A stretch of DNA of 56,420 nt from NCBI GenBank assembly GCA_039024555.1, contig JBCCQQ010000042.1:1-56420 (forward strand). Direction: 5' to 3'. Both the position numbers and the translations under genes were made by a program. Source of the stretch: Cyanobacteria bacterium P01_D01_bin.156. Its GTDB lineage: Bacteria; Cyanobacteriota; Cyanobacteriia; Phormidesmidales; Phormidesmidaceae. Below the pieces are notes generated by a model that was given only the letters and a program-made list of their open reading frames with translations, was not told where the DNA came from and searched no databases. Positions 29,425 through 39,189 of this stretch are shown piece after piece. Every line of letters starts with the position of its first letter. Position 1 is the stretch's first letter.

Positions 29425-30075
29425 TTACCCCATGCGGGTAACCACAAACCGACATAAATCATCACCCATGGTGCGACAGCTAATTTCTTGACTGCGGAAA
29501 CTTCCAGGACTGTGGAAACACTGTTGGAAGTAGTCATCAGTGAGGCTAGGCCGTTGACGAATATTCCCCTGGTAGAGCAGATTCATAATGCCAGCACAAC
29601 CGCCCTGGACCAGATAGCAGCGGGGTCGGGTACTGGTTTCATAGTGGGCTAACCACCCCATAGATTCATAGCTGTTGGCAATAGAAATCTCTAGGCGCTC
29701 CCCTGGCACAAACTCTTCAAGCGTCCATTTGCCCCAACCTAGACTATTGACCACAGCGATAATCCCAGGCACCCAGTCATCGTCTGTTTCCACCATAGGC
29801 ATCACCACAGCCTGCCATTCTTGGGATAACATGATGCCGCCAAAAGTGTAAAAAGCGCAGAGCATTCCTGCTTCAACTAAGCTTTTCTCGGTTTTGGTAA
29901 GGGCGGCTGGTTGCTGCGCCTCTACCTGGCGTACCGCCGCAAACGAGCTGAGGTTATAAAAGTCTGCATAATGTCGAGATAGATACAGCCCAAAGGCAGG
30001 AATTAAGCCATCTTCATTGCCAATAAGGGGCAGTTGGCTACAGGCTGCTACCACTGCTTTTTCATCAATTGCCAT
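29425..30075 (-). CDS. V4R-domain protein (second)
   Basis: LGWG..., PRCYLVQG, EISCRTMGDDLCRF V4R pattern; AGGAGG at 30082-30087 before ATG 30075. Confidence 0.82.
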   Translation of the reverse strand: MAIDEKAVVAACSQLPLIGNEDGLIPAFGLYLSRHYADFYNLSSFAAVRQVEAQQPAALTKTEKSLVEAGMLCAFYTFGGIMLSQEWQAVVMPMVETDDDWVPGIIAVVNSLGWGKWTLEEFVPGERLEISIANSYESMGWLAHYETSTRPRCYLVQGGCAGIMNLLYQGNIRQRPSLTDDYFQQCFHSPGSFRSQEISCRTMGDDLCRFVVTRMG

Positions 30076-30664
30076 GGGCAACCTCCTCTACCGATAGCTG
30101 ATTTAAAGGGGAGTCATTGACCGTGACGACAAAAGTGCAGGCTGCATCACCTGTAGCTAAACAATCCACTTCTTTAACCCTCACCTGCTGCACATTTAGG
30201 TTATAGGCAACAACCATCAACGCTTGCAAATAGCCTTCTATAAACTGACACACCGGAGTCTCCCGCAGGCCATACCGAGCTAACCACCCTAAGGCATAGT
30301 GGGAACTGGTAGAGGTAACTGTGCCCCCAGCTGATGTAAGTAAGTGGGGGTCAAAACGGCCAAAGCCCAGTTGCTGAAATAGGGTTGCTCCTTTTGAGAT
30401 CCGGGTTGACGGACTATCGACCTGAGCGACAATGGCAGCTAGCTGAGGTTGAGCAGCAGCAAATGCCGAGCTTCGAAACAGTTCAGCCGCGTCAGTGGAC
30501 AGGGCATCTTCAATAGACTTATGAATGGCGCAGTTGTAGTAGTGGCAGTGAAACACCATATGGCTACCTGCCAATAGCGCCTGATTCGTTTGAGGGTCAA
30601 ATTCTACGGTGTGGGTAGCCATAGGCAATTGCGGCCAATCTCCTTCAGCGAATGTTGCGTCCAT
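30065..30664 (-). CDS. V4R-domain protein (first) with HCHYYNC motif
   Basis: MVFHCHYYNC, LGFG, PVCQFIEGYL, EVDCLATGDAACTF. Confidence 0.82.
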   Translation of the reverse strand: MDATFAEGDWPQLPMATHTVEFDPQTNQALLAGSHMVFHCHYYNCAIHKSIEDALSTDAAELFRSSAFAAAQPQLAAIVAQVDSPSTRISKGATLFQQLGFGRFDPHLLTSAGGTVTSTSSHYALGWLARYGLRETPVCQFIEGYLQALMVVAYNLNVQQVRVKEVDCLATGDAACTFVVTVNDSPLNQLSVEEVAHGN

Positions 30665-30918
30665 AGCTTTTTTAACTTTAAGGATTCCAGCAATCGCTTA
30701 ATGAACTACGGGGCGCAATATACACCGGTAGAATACCCAGCCCTTGGAGCAACAGCACGTCTGATTCAATAGAACATTGTGACAATGGTTTGCGTAAGCT
30801 AAAAACAATGAGGCCAATAAAGTAAAGACGGGCACCTTAAGGAAAAAGGCGCTGCTACTCCTTATCCGCTTTTATCTGCAGGACAGTTTTTTTACAGACA
30901 GAGCGCTGCCAGTAAACT

Positions 30919-32436
30919 ATGACACCCTCTTCTCCGAGCACCCATGTAAACGGATCTTTCCCTAATAATCCCCTCGCTAGGATTTATCAGCAGCTACAGA
31001 CGCAGCACCAGGCGCTGGGCGAAGAATTAACGCTTACTAAGCAGGCCCTTACCCAAAGCTATGAACAGCTGCAGTCCATATACTACTGGGCAGCAACCAC
31101 TGATAGCATTAATCAGGCAACGTCTGTTGCGGCCATTTATGAAGCGGCTAGCCAGGGGTTACAACATGTATTCAATGCTGATTTAGCCAGCTTTGCCTAT
31201 TGGGATACCCATGGAAAACTACAGTGGAATAACCAGGCAACAGCTGAACTAAAATCAGTTTTTGAAGACTACGATCCTTGGGCTGCTGGCTCTAACCCCT
31301 ATGAGCCAATATGCGTTACAACCGTTGCCCAACTCAACAGCAGCACAGCGTATCCTGGCTTATTTGAGAAGAAACCTTACCTGCAGGCGGCTGGCATTGA
31401 AGCATTACTGTGGTTACCCATTGTCTCTACCAGAAAAGAGAACCAGCAAGCACTGCTAGGCTACTTGGGCATTTATTTTTATCATCCCAGTCATTTTGAT
31501 GATGCCCTTCTTGCCCTAGGGCAAACCATGACGAATTCTGTTGTACTGGCTGTGGAGAGAAAACAATCAGAAACTCAACTTCAGGCCACGCTCGAAGAAC
31601 TGCATCAGACTCAATTTCAGTTAATCCAAAATGAGAAAATGTCTAGCCTGGGGCAGTTGGTGGCCGGTATTGCCCACGAAATCAACAATCCTGTAAATTT
31701 CATCTACGGAAATTTGGCCTATCTTAAAACCAGTGCTAAAGGCCTTCTAGAACTGGTGAAACGCTATACTCAACAAGTGCCCAATGCCAGCCCTGAAATC
31801 GATACGCTAATTGAAGATCTAGACCTAGATTTTTTAGCTAGGGACTTACCCAAAACCCTCTCCTCAATGGAGACAGGAACTCACAGGATTCGAGATATTG
31901 TCAAATCTCTACGGACCTTTAGTCGTTTAGATCAGGACAATCTTAAACCAGTTGATCTCCATGAGGGGATTGAAAGCACGCTGATGATTTTGCAGCATCG
32001 GCTAAAGGCGACGGATCAGCAACCTAGGATTGAGGTCGTAAAAGACTATGGTGAGTTGCCTAAGGTAAATTGTTATTCAGGGCCGCTAAATCAAGTCTTT
32101 ATGAATATTTTAGCGAATGCTATCGACGCAATTAATGATACAGCTGTGGGGAACTCAAGAAAAATTGTTATCCGTACAGTAATTGTTAAAGACGATTGGG
32201 TAGAGATTGAAATTACCGACAGTGGTAACGGTATTCCCGACTCGGTAAAATCTAAAATTTTTGATCCATTTTTTACAACCAAACCCATTGGCAAGGGAAC
32301 GGGCATGGGCTTATCCATTAGCTATAAAATTGTTGCCGAGACTCACCAGGGGCAGCTTCTATGCTATTCCCAGCCTAAATGCGGTACAAAATTTATTATC
32401 CGTTTGCCTTTGGGATTGACAGATGAGGGAACGTAG
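30919..32436 (+). CDS. Soluble GAF-domain sensor histidine kinase
   Basis: N-terminal coiled coil, GAF-like region, [21 protein letters not shown]-box, [32 protein letters not shown]. Confidence 0.93.
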   Translation: MTPSSPSTHVNGSFPNNPLARIYQQLQTQHQALGEELTLTKQALTQSYEQLQSIYYWAATTDSINQATSVAAIYEAASQGLQHVFNADLASFAYWDTHGKLQWNNQATAELKSVFEDYDPWAAGSNPYEPICVTTVAQLNSSTAYPGLFEKKPYLQAAGIEALLWLPIVSTRKENQQALLGYLGIYFYHPSHFDDALLALGQTMTNSVVLAVERKQSETQLQATLEELHQTQFQLIQNEKMSSLGQLVAGIAHEINNPVNFIYGNLAYLKTSAKGLLELVKRYTQQVPNASPEIDTLIEDLDLDFLARDLPKTLSSMETGTHRIRDIVKSLRTFSRLDQDNLKPVDLHEGIESTLMILQHRLKATDQQPRIEVVKDYGELPKVNCYSGPLNQVFMNILANAIDAINDTAVGNSRKIVIRTVIVKDDWVEIEITDSGNGIPDSVKSKIFDPFFTTKPIGKGTGMGLSISYKIVAETHQGQLLCYSQPKCGTKFIIRLPLGLTDEGT

Positions 32437-32632
32437 ATTTGAGCAATAGAAGCTCAAAAATTTACCTGGCAAAAAACCTCTCTAGCTAGGATTATAAGCA
32501 TACCAAAACACCTATGGCAGGGTAGCTATGAAATGCTGCTCTGGCTTAATTGGCTGGATCGCTTTGGTATGATGCATAGATGATTCAATGTATCCAAGCT
32601 GCCCAATATCAGCCATATTCAGGAGGATTTGA

Positions 32633-33820
32633 ATGTATCCCTACGTTACTAGCTATGCGAAGTCCAATAGCCTGAGCCGGTTGATGCGGGCTATGATTTT
32701 TGCAAGTGTTTTATCCCTAAGTCCGACAGGAAATTTTGCTCTAGCAACATCTGAGGGATTACCAACGGACAATAATTCAGAGACAATTCACTGGCTTGCT
32801 AACACGGACCAAGCCCATGAGGATCCAGGCTATGTTGTGGCCCAGCGACGGATTCAGGTAGCCCTAGAAACTCAGGCAACGGAATTATATTTGGGCTGGT
32901 TAGACTTACAAACAGTCCCGCCCGAAATTGGACAGCTCAAGAATCTAAAAGATCTGAATCTCGGTGGTAACTTGTTAACGAGCCTGCCACCTGAAATTGG
33001 TCAGCTGACTAATTTGGAAGCGCTAGGTCTTGTGGGCAATTATCTAACGAGTCTCCCACCTGAAATTGGTCAGCTGACAGAGCTAGAGTTTTTGATTCTT
33101 GAGAGAACCCAGCTGACGAGTCTTCCCCCTGAAATTGGTCAGCTTACGAAGCTAGAAGAGCTGGATGTCTCTGATAGTACGTTAACGAGTCTTCCGCCCG
33201 AGATTGGCCAACTGACTAGTTTAAAGATACTAAATCTCAAAAAGAATCAGCTGAGATGGCTTCCGTCTGAGATTGGCCAGCTCACGAAGCTGGAAATGAT
33301 AAATCTAACGGACAATCAGCTGGACAACATTCCCTCTGAAATTGGTCAGCTTAGGAATTTGCAGACGCTCCGTCTCACACTCAATTCTCTATTTAGCCTT
33401 CCACCTGAGATTGGTCAGCTCACTAAGCTGGAATATCTGGATATTAGTGCTAATTTGCTCACGGGTGTACCTTCCGAAATCACACAGCTTACTAGCCTAC
33501 AAACGTTGCAGTTCAGTGCCAACCCGCTGCCCAAGAGTATGCCGCTTGAAATTGGTCACCTCACGAATCTCAAAAAGCTAAATCTTAGTAATAACAAGTT
33601 CACAGATATCCCCCCTGAAATTGGCCAGCTGACTAACCTAGAATCGCTGGATCTTGGTGGCAATCAGCTAACGGGTATCCCCCCTGAAATTGGCCAGCTG
33701 ACTAACCTGGAAACGCTGGATCTCCGCGAGAATCAGCTCACAAGCGTTCCCCCTGAGATTAGCCAGCTGACTAACTTACGAACACTTCATTTGATGGGTA
33801 ACCCCATACCACCAGAGTAG
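32633..33820 (+). CDS. Leucine-rich repeat protein (13 repeats of about 23 aa), probably exported
   Basis: LxxLPPEIGQLTxLxxLxLxxN repeats with 69-bp periodicity; hydrophobic N-terminal segment. Confidence 0.92.
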   Translation: MYPYVTSYAKSNSLSRLMRAMIFASVLSLSPTGNFALATSEGLPTDNNSETIHWLANTDQAHEDPGYVVAQRRIQVALETQATELYLGWLDLQTVPPEIGQLKNLKDLNLGGNLLTSLPPEIGQLTNLEALGLVGNYLTSLPPEIGQLTELEFLILERTQLTSLPPEIGQLTKLEELDVSDSTLTSLPPEIGQLTSLKILNLKKNQLRWLPSEIGQLTKLEMINLTDNQLDNIPSEIGQLRNLQTLRLTLNSLFSLPPEIGQLTKLEYLDISANLLTGVPSEITQLTSLQTLQFSANPLPKSMPLEIGHLTNLKKLNLSNNKFTDIPPEIGQLTNLESLDLGGNQLTGIPPEIGQLTNLETLDLRENQLTSVPPEISQLTNLRTLHLMGNPIPPE

Positions 33821-33942
33821 TGGACCCCTATGTTTAATGAAACATTACAACGCCTTTATTTGTTTCATAGCATTCTGGGCAATCCACTCCGAAAGACTCA
33901 TGCTACTGTAGCCATTGCAATGCCTCTGAAACCTGGAAACTA

Positions 33943-35211
33943 ATGGCAGTAGACGTCCTGCTTTTAACGAATGGACCGGGAGAAGTGTCCACCTGGGTAA
34001 AGCCGGTGGTGCAACAACTTCGCAACCACGAGCCAGACCACGAGAAAATACGTCTCTCGGTAATGCTTTCCCCCTGTCCCCATGCATCCGGTGGGGAAAC
34101 ACTCTCTCTTAAGTCCTATCCAGAAATTGATCGTGTGCAGGGACCAAGCGATTTCTTTCGCTTCCTGTTGACGGGGAAAACCGCCCATAGCTGGGATTGG
34201 CACCCTCAGGGTGTTGTTGTATTTCTCGGTGGTGACCAGCTCTATGCCGTGTGGGCAGCCAAACGTCTTGGCTACGGCAGCGTGGTCTATGCCGAATGGG
34301 AGCCACGCTGGCTCAACTGGGTAGATAGCTTTGGCATGATGCAGGGGGATACCACTGACAAGATTGCGGCTAAATATCAGCCCAAGCTGACCGTGGTAGG
34401 GGACTTGATGGCGGATGTGGAGTCAACCTCAGGAACAGAACTGCCCTTCGATGCAGATACCCAACTCATTGGCCTAATGCCGGGTTCAAAACCAGATAAA
34501 CTGCGGCCCGGTGTGCCATTGTCCTTAGCTATTGCCCAACGCCTCCATCAAATCCATCCCAATCTAGAGTTTATTGTTCCTGTTGCCCCTACGGTTACGC
34601 CTGAAACCTTGGCCACCTATGCTGACCCTAGCCGAAATGCAACAGTCCAGGTGATGGATGGCCCTAACGCAAAGTTAGTCACGCCTGACCGGGGACTGAC
34701 CTATTTTCAAATTCAGGATGGTCCTAAGGTGTGGCTATGGACCGAGTTTCCGGCCCACGCTCTGCTTAAGCGCTGTCGCCTGTGTGTTACTACCGTCGGT
34801 GCCAACACCGCTCAATTGGGGTCACTGGCGGTACCTATGGTGGTGCTACTTCCCACCCAGCAGCTGGATGTGATGCGTACTTGGGACGGTCTCTGGGGAC
34901 TGCTGTGTCGTTTACCTGTGGTCGGCTCGCTGCTCACTAAGGCGATTAACACTGTGGCTGTCTATTACATTCAACAAAGTCAAAAGCGGTTTGCTTGGCC
35001 CAACATTTGGGCGAAAGAAGAGGTGGTGCCAGAACTGCTAGGGCGGATTACGGCTGAGGAGGTGTGCGATCGCATTGCCTCCTATTTAGACCATCCTGAA
35101 CGCCTAGAAACCATGAGCCAAACTCTACGAAACCTTCGCGGCCCCTCCGGTGCCGCCCGCCGCTTCGCGCAATTGATTCTGGAAACGCTAAACTACGAAC
35201 ACCCAGAATAA
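33943..35211 (+). CDS. Lipid-A-disaccharide synthase-related glycosyltransferase
   Basis: LTNGPGE, FLGGDQ, LMPGSK, TTVGANTAQL, AWPNIWA...VPEL. Confidence 0.82.
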   Translation: MAVDVLLLTNGPGEVSTWVKPVVQQLRNHEPDHEKIRLSVMLSPCPHASGGETLSLKSYPEIDRVQGPSDFFRFLLTGKTAHSWDWHPQGVVVFLGGDQLYAVWAAKRLGYGSVVYAEWEPRWLNWVDSFGMMQGDTTDKIAAKYQPKLTVVGDLMADVESTSGTELPFDADTQLIGLMPGSKPDKLRPGVPLSLAIAQRLHQIHPNLEFIVPVAPTVTPETLATYADPSRNATVQVMDGPNAKLVTPDRGLTYFQIQDGPKVWLWTEFPAHALLKRCRLCVTTVGANTAQLGSLAVPMVVLLPTQQLDVMRTWDGLWGLLCRLPVVGSLLTKAINTVAVYYIQQSQKRFAWPNIWAKEEVVPELLGRITAEEVCDRIASYLDHPERLETMSQTLRNLRGPSGAARRFAQLILETLNYEHPE

Positions 35212-35264
35212 GCCTAATACCTAGAAGGCTAACACTAGCCACCTTGAGCGCTCACCCATTACCC

Positions 35265-37310
35265 ATGACCTTCGAATATCCCCCCACCCGCCGCTGCGAC
35301 CAAACTGACACCTACCACGAAACTGTTGTAGCCGATCCCTATCGGTGGCTTGAAGATCCCAACTCCGATGAAACCAAAGCATGGGTCCAAGCACAAAATG
35401 AGGTTACCTTTGACTACTTGCGTCAGCTACCAACCGTAGAACCCATTAAGCAACGTCTGACAGAACTATGGAACTACGAGCGCTACAGCGTACCGTTTAA
35501 GCGTGGGGGACGCTATTTCTACTACAAGAATGACGGTTTACAAAACCAGGCTGTGCTTTACACTCAGGCATCCTTAGAAGCTGAACCGGTTGTTCTGCTA
35601 GATCCTAATACGCTATCGACAGACGGGACCGTAGCCCTAGGCAGTATTGCCGTCAGTGAAAATGGCCAGTACTTGGCCTATAGCTTATCTAGTTCCGGCT
35701 CCGATTGGCTGGAATGGCGCATCCGCGATATTGAAACGGGTAAAGATACAACCGACCACCTCAAGTGGAGTAAGTTTTCTGGAGCCTCTTGGACCCACGA
35801 CAATCAAGGGTTCTTTTATAGTCGATACGATGAACCAAAGGCAGATGCCCAGTTTGAAGATGTTAACTATTTTCAAAAACTCTTCTATCACCGTCTAGGC
35901 ACTGCCCAATCGGACGATGTCCTAATTTATGAACGTCCTGACGAAAAAGAATGGGGCTTCCAAGGACGGATTACGAACGATGGCCGATATTTAATCATTT
36001 CAGTGTGGCGCGGTACCGAGCGAAAAAATCTTGTTTTCTATAAAGACTTACAGGATTCTAGCAGTGAAGTCATTGAACTCATCAATGAGTTTGAAGCCTC
36101 CTATAGCCTGATTGATAATGACGGCAGCACATTTTGGTTTAGAACCGACTTAAACGCTCCCCGTGGGAGAGTGATTGCCATAGATTTAGGCGCTGGCAAC
36201 CACCCTAAAGAGATTATTTCTGAAGCAGAAGAGACTTTAAATTCAGTCAGTTTAATTAACCATCAATTTGTTGCTAACTATCTCAAAGATGCCTATACCA
36301 CCATTCAAATTTTTGACCTAGAGGGTGAGGTGATTAGAACAGTAGAGCTACCAGGCATTGGCTCCGCTGGCGGTTTTGACGGCAAAAAAGAAGATACGGA
36401 AACATTCTATCGATATTCCAGCTTTACCGTACCCAGTCGCATCTATCGCTACAATCTAGCAACAGGAGAACAAAGCCTGTTCCGTGAATCCAAAGTCGCT
36501 TTTGACGCCGATCGGTATGAAACCCGACAGGTATTTTATACCAGCAAGGATGGCACCAAAGTCCCTATGTTTATCACCCATAGGAAGGGGATTGCTCTCA
36601 ATGGCAACACGCCCACCCTGCTATACGGCTATGGTGGCTTTAATGTCTCCCTAAGTCCAAGTTTTTCGGTGAGTAACTTGGTATGGATGGAACTGGGAGG
36701 TGTTTATGCACTAGCCAATTTGCGAGGTGGCGGGGAATATGGAGAAACCTGGCATCAAGCAGGCACGAAGCTAAATAAACAGAATGTTTTTGATGACTTT
36801 ATTGGAGCAGCCGAGTGGCTGATGGAGAACAATTATACATCTCCTAACAAACTGGCCATTATGGGAGGGAGTAATGGAGGATTGTTAGTGGGAGCTTGTA
36901 TGATCCAACGCCCTGAGCTGTTTGCAGCGGCCCTACCAGCCGTAGGTGTAATGGACATGCTGCGATTTAATCAATTCACCATTGGATGGGCCTGGGAGAG
37001 TGATTATGGGTCTCCCAAGAATCTAGAAGAATTTAAAGCTCTCTATGCCTATTCTCCCTTGCACAATTTAGCTGAAGCTAGCTACCCTGCCACCCTGATT
37101 ACAACCGCTGACCACGATGATCGCGTGGTGCCTGCCCACAGTTTTAAGTTTGCTGCGGCTCTGCAATCAGTCCACCAAGGAAATAATCCAGTGATGATTC
37201 GCATTGATGTCAAAGCCGGTCACGGTGCAGGTAAGCCAACCGCTAAAGTGATTGAGGAAGTAGCCGATAAGTGGGCTTTTCTTGTGGAAACTTTAGACGC
37301 TAAAACCTGA
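35265..37310 (+). CDS. Prolyl oligopeptidase (S9A)
   Basis: DPYRWLED, YGYGGF, GGSNGGLL, DHDDRV, KAGHG; start moved to ATG 35265. Confidence 0.96.
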   Translation: MTFEYPPTRRCDQTDTYHETVVADPYRWLEDPNSDETKAWVQAQNEVTFDYLRQLPTVEPIKQRLTELWNYERYSVPFKRGGRYFYYKNDGLQNQAVLYTQASLEAEPVVLLDPNTLSTDGTVALGSIAVSENGQYLAYSLSSSGSDWLEWRIRDIETGKDTTDHLKWSKFSGASWTHDNQGFFYSRYDEPKADAQFEDVNYFQKLFYHRLGTAQSDDVLIYERPDEKEWGFQGRITNDGRYLIISVWRGTERKNLVFYKDLQDSSSEVIELINEFEASYSLIDNDGSTFWFRTDLNAPRGRVIAIDLGAGNHPKEIISEAEETLNSVSLINHQFVANYLKDAYTTIQIFDLEGEVIRTVELPGIGSAGGFDGKKEDTETFYRYSSFTVPSRIYRYNLATGEQSLFRESKVAFDADRYETRQVFYTSKDGTKVPMFITHRKGIALNGNTPTLLYGYGGFNVSLSPSFSVSNLVWMELGGVYALANLRGGGEYGETWHQAGTKLNKQNVFDDFIGAAEWLMENNYTSPNKLAIMGGSNGGLLVGACMIQRPELFAAALPAVGVMDMLRFNQFTIGWAWESDYGSPKNLEEFKALYAYSPLHNLAEASYPATLITTADHDDRVVPAHSFKFAAALQSVHQGNNPVMIRIDVKAGHGAGKPTAKVIEEVADKWAFLVETLDAKT

Positions 37311-37385
37311 AACAGTTCCGACAGTTAAACAGGAACGCTACAGTTGTCCACATGTTGTTACATTGTCTACTAGGGCTAGTTCTAT

Positions 37386-37425
37386 GGTGATAAAGAAGGC
37401 TATTGACCTAGCCTTCTTTATCACC
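37386..37425. terminator. Stem-loop between convergent genes
   Basis: ggtgataaagaaggcta-ttgacc-tagccttctttatcacc, 17-bp perfect stem. Confidence 0.7.
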
Positions 37426-37466
37426 CAGATACCCCCCCCTAAAACCAACAGCAAGTAGGTGTAGCG

Positions 37467-37934
37467 CTATCGACTGGTTTTGGAGTTAGGTAACAGTTGC
37501 TTCCCCTCTAGATACTTTTGCAGCTCATGGGTACTTAAACGACATAAGTCCTTAGCTAATTCATGCACAGACACTCTAGAGGTGATCTGACTGGGTAGAG
37601 AGTCTCGCAAGTTACCTAGAATATGGGGTTCTGCCACCAAAATGAGATGATGGCCATTCCAGTTTTCCAGTATTGAGCTGACTTGTTGAGTCACTTTGTT
37701 AGCAAAGCGACGGTTGATTTCTTCGGACTGGGTCGTTTTTTCATGGCGATGGCCGTGGTGTTTACGCCCAATATTGTTTTTAGTACCCTTAATCGCCATG
37801 GGCTTATCGGCATTATTTAGACTGCTATGTTCTAGCAAGTGGGGGGTAGGCTCTGCCTCAGAGAACTCAGCAGTTGTAAAGGTGAAAAAGCGAGCATGGG
37901 CACCATCAACAACTGCAACGAGATATGAGTGCAT
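37467..37934 (-). CDS. Host-attachment (AtsE/baeRF-like) family protein
   Basis: VAVVDGAHARFF, RRFA..V, LILVAEPHILGNLR, ELAKDL. Confidence 0.82.
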   Translation of the reverse strand: MHSYLVAVVDGAHARFFTFTTAEFSEAEPTPHLLEHSSLNNADKPMAIKGTKNNIGRKHHGHRHEKTTQSEEINRRFANKVTQQVSSILENWNGHHLILVAEPHILGNLRDSLPSQITSRVSVHELAKDLCRLSTHELQKYLEGKQLLPNSKTSR

Positions 37935-38137
37935 GGTTTTTTTAGATTAGAGAGTAATGTAGTTAGCTTCGAATTGTAACAGTAAGATTCAACATCTCTA
38001 TGGCTGTCATCCACAGGTTTAACAGGGTGATTCATTTGTTAACATTTGGTGACTGTAGTTATTAATCATTTCATCTCGCATTGTGTCTAAAGCGATACCG
38101 GTATAGTTAGGTAGGCGTAGAACTACACAAGCAAATT

Positions 38138-38488
38138 ATGTCCAGACAACATCTGGCAACAAAACATCCATTGGTGTACACAATGATGAATAGGCATCGT
38201 CAACAAAACCAGTCTCTGAAACGCTTGAGCGGACTGCTGGGTGTTTCTTTAATGTCCGCATTGTTTTTAGCTAGTTCAGTCAGTGCCCAAACAGTTCGCA
38301 GAATTCAGGCACCTGCCCCCTACAATGCCTGTAATGTTCGCAGTTCAGCGGGTGTCCAACACCGCTCCATAGGCACTTATCGCAACGGTACGCTAGTGAC
38401 CCTGCTGGGTGAATCCGGTCGGGGTTGGTATCGTATCCAAGTAGGGCAGGTGGTTGGATGGATGGCTCGACAATGTCTAGGACTTTAG
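38138..38488 (+). CDS. Secreted bacterial SH3-domain protein
   Basis: Signal peptide; CNVRSSAG...GWYRIQ...GWMARQC; start may be 38183. Confidence 0.8.
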   Translation: MSRQHLATKHPLVYTMMNRHRQQNQSLKRLSGLLGVSLMSALFLASSVSAQTVRRIQAPAPYNACNVRSSAGVQHRSIGTYRNGTLVTLLGESGRGWYRIQVGQVVGWMARQCLGL

Positions 38489-38581
38489 TTTTACACTTGG
38501 TTCACCCAGCGATCTGTCTGTTCAAGAGTGTTTATAATAGATGCACGAATGTAGAGCAAGGCGTTGAGGGAAAATTCGGCT

Positions 38582-38974
38582 ATGAATTTTGATTCGTTAA
38601 CTGAGTTAATTCAAAAAAGCTTTCGAGTTTCATTGGGTGCGGCTGCTTCCGCCGTTGAGGCCATCCAAGACCCCCAGGCATCCGCCACTAAATTTTCTGA
38701 CATTGGTACAGATTTTGAGCGTCTTACCAACGAGCTAGAAGTAAAAGGGGAGCTGACTGAAAAAGAGGCTCGTGAATTTGTTGATAATTTAAGCACCAAT
38801 TTTGATGGTCAGTGGCCTAACCCGTTTGCGTCTTCTCCGGCCAGCAGCGCAACTGTTAATACGGTGGCTAAGCCCGTTGTAGATACTGGTATTCAGGCTG
38901 AGATTAAGGCACTAACTGAGCAACTATCGGCTATCCGTCAGGAAATTGAGCAATTGAAGGCTCAAGAATCTTAG
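38582..38974 (+). CDS. Phasin-like coiled-coil hypothetical protein
   Basis: QKSFRVSLGA, KGELTEKEAREFVD, C-terminal coiled coil. Confidence 0.7.
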   Translation: MNFDSLTELIQKSFRVSLGAAASAVEAIQDPQASATKFSDIGTDFERLTNELEVKGELTEKEAREFVDNLSTNFDGQWPNPFASSPASSATVNTVAKPVVDTGIQAEIKALTEQLSAIRQEIEQLKAQES

Positions 38975-39028
38975 GTATGAGTTTATCTTGTTGCTTGTAG
39001 CAGAGGATAAAACTTCAATCAGTTAATC

Positions 39029-39059
39029 AAGGCGGGGTGTTTTTTTGACACCCTGCTTT
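39029..39059 (+). terminator. Probable terminator
   Basis: aaggcggggtgt-loop-acaccctgcttt. Confidence 0.55.
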
Positions 39060-39189
39060 AGCTATGAAGCATTACTGGGGGCGGGGCATTCCGTCAGCAG
39101 TAGATATTTTTTGAGTGGTTCGAAATTATTGTTCGTGCTTTTGTAGCTATGACCTGGAGTATTCCTGACGTTATTCCAGTAGGCATCCT

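Noticed and set aside
27856..30664. Selenoprotein or selenium-utilisation operon
   Set aside because: The TGA codons coincide with overlapping downstream starts and behave as true stops; no selD/yedF in the window
32910..33800. Periodic DNA repeats as a CRISPR array
   Set aside because: The 69-bp period is in-frame LRR coding sequence; no cas genes and no unique spacers
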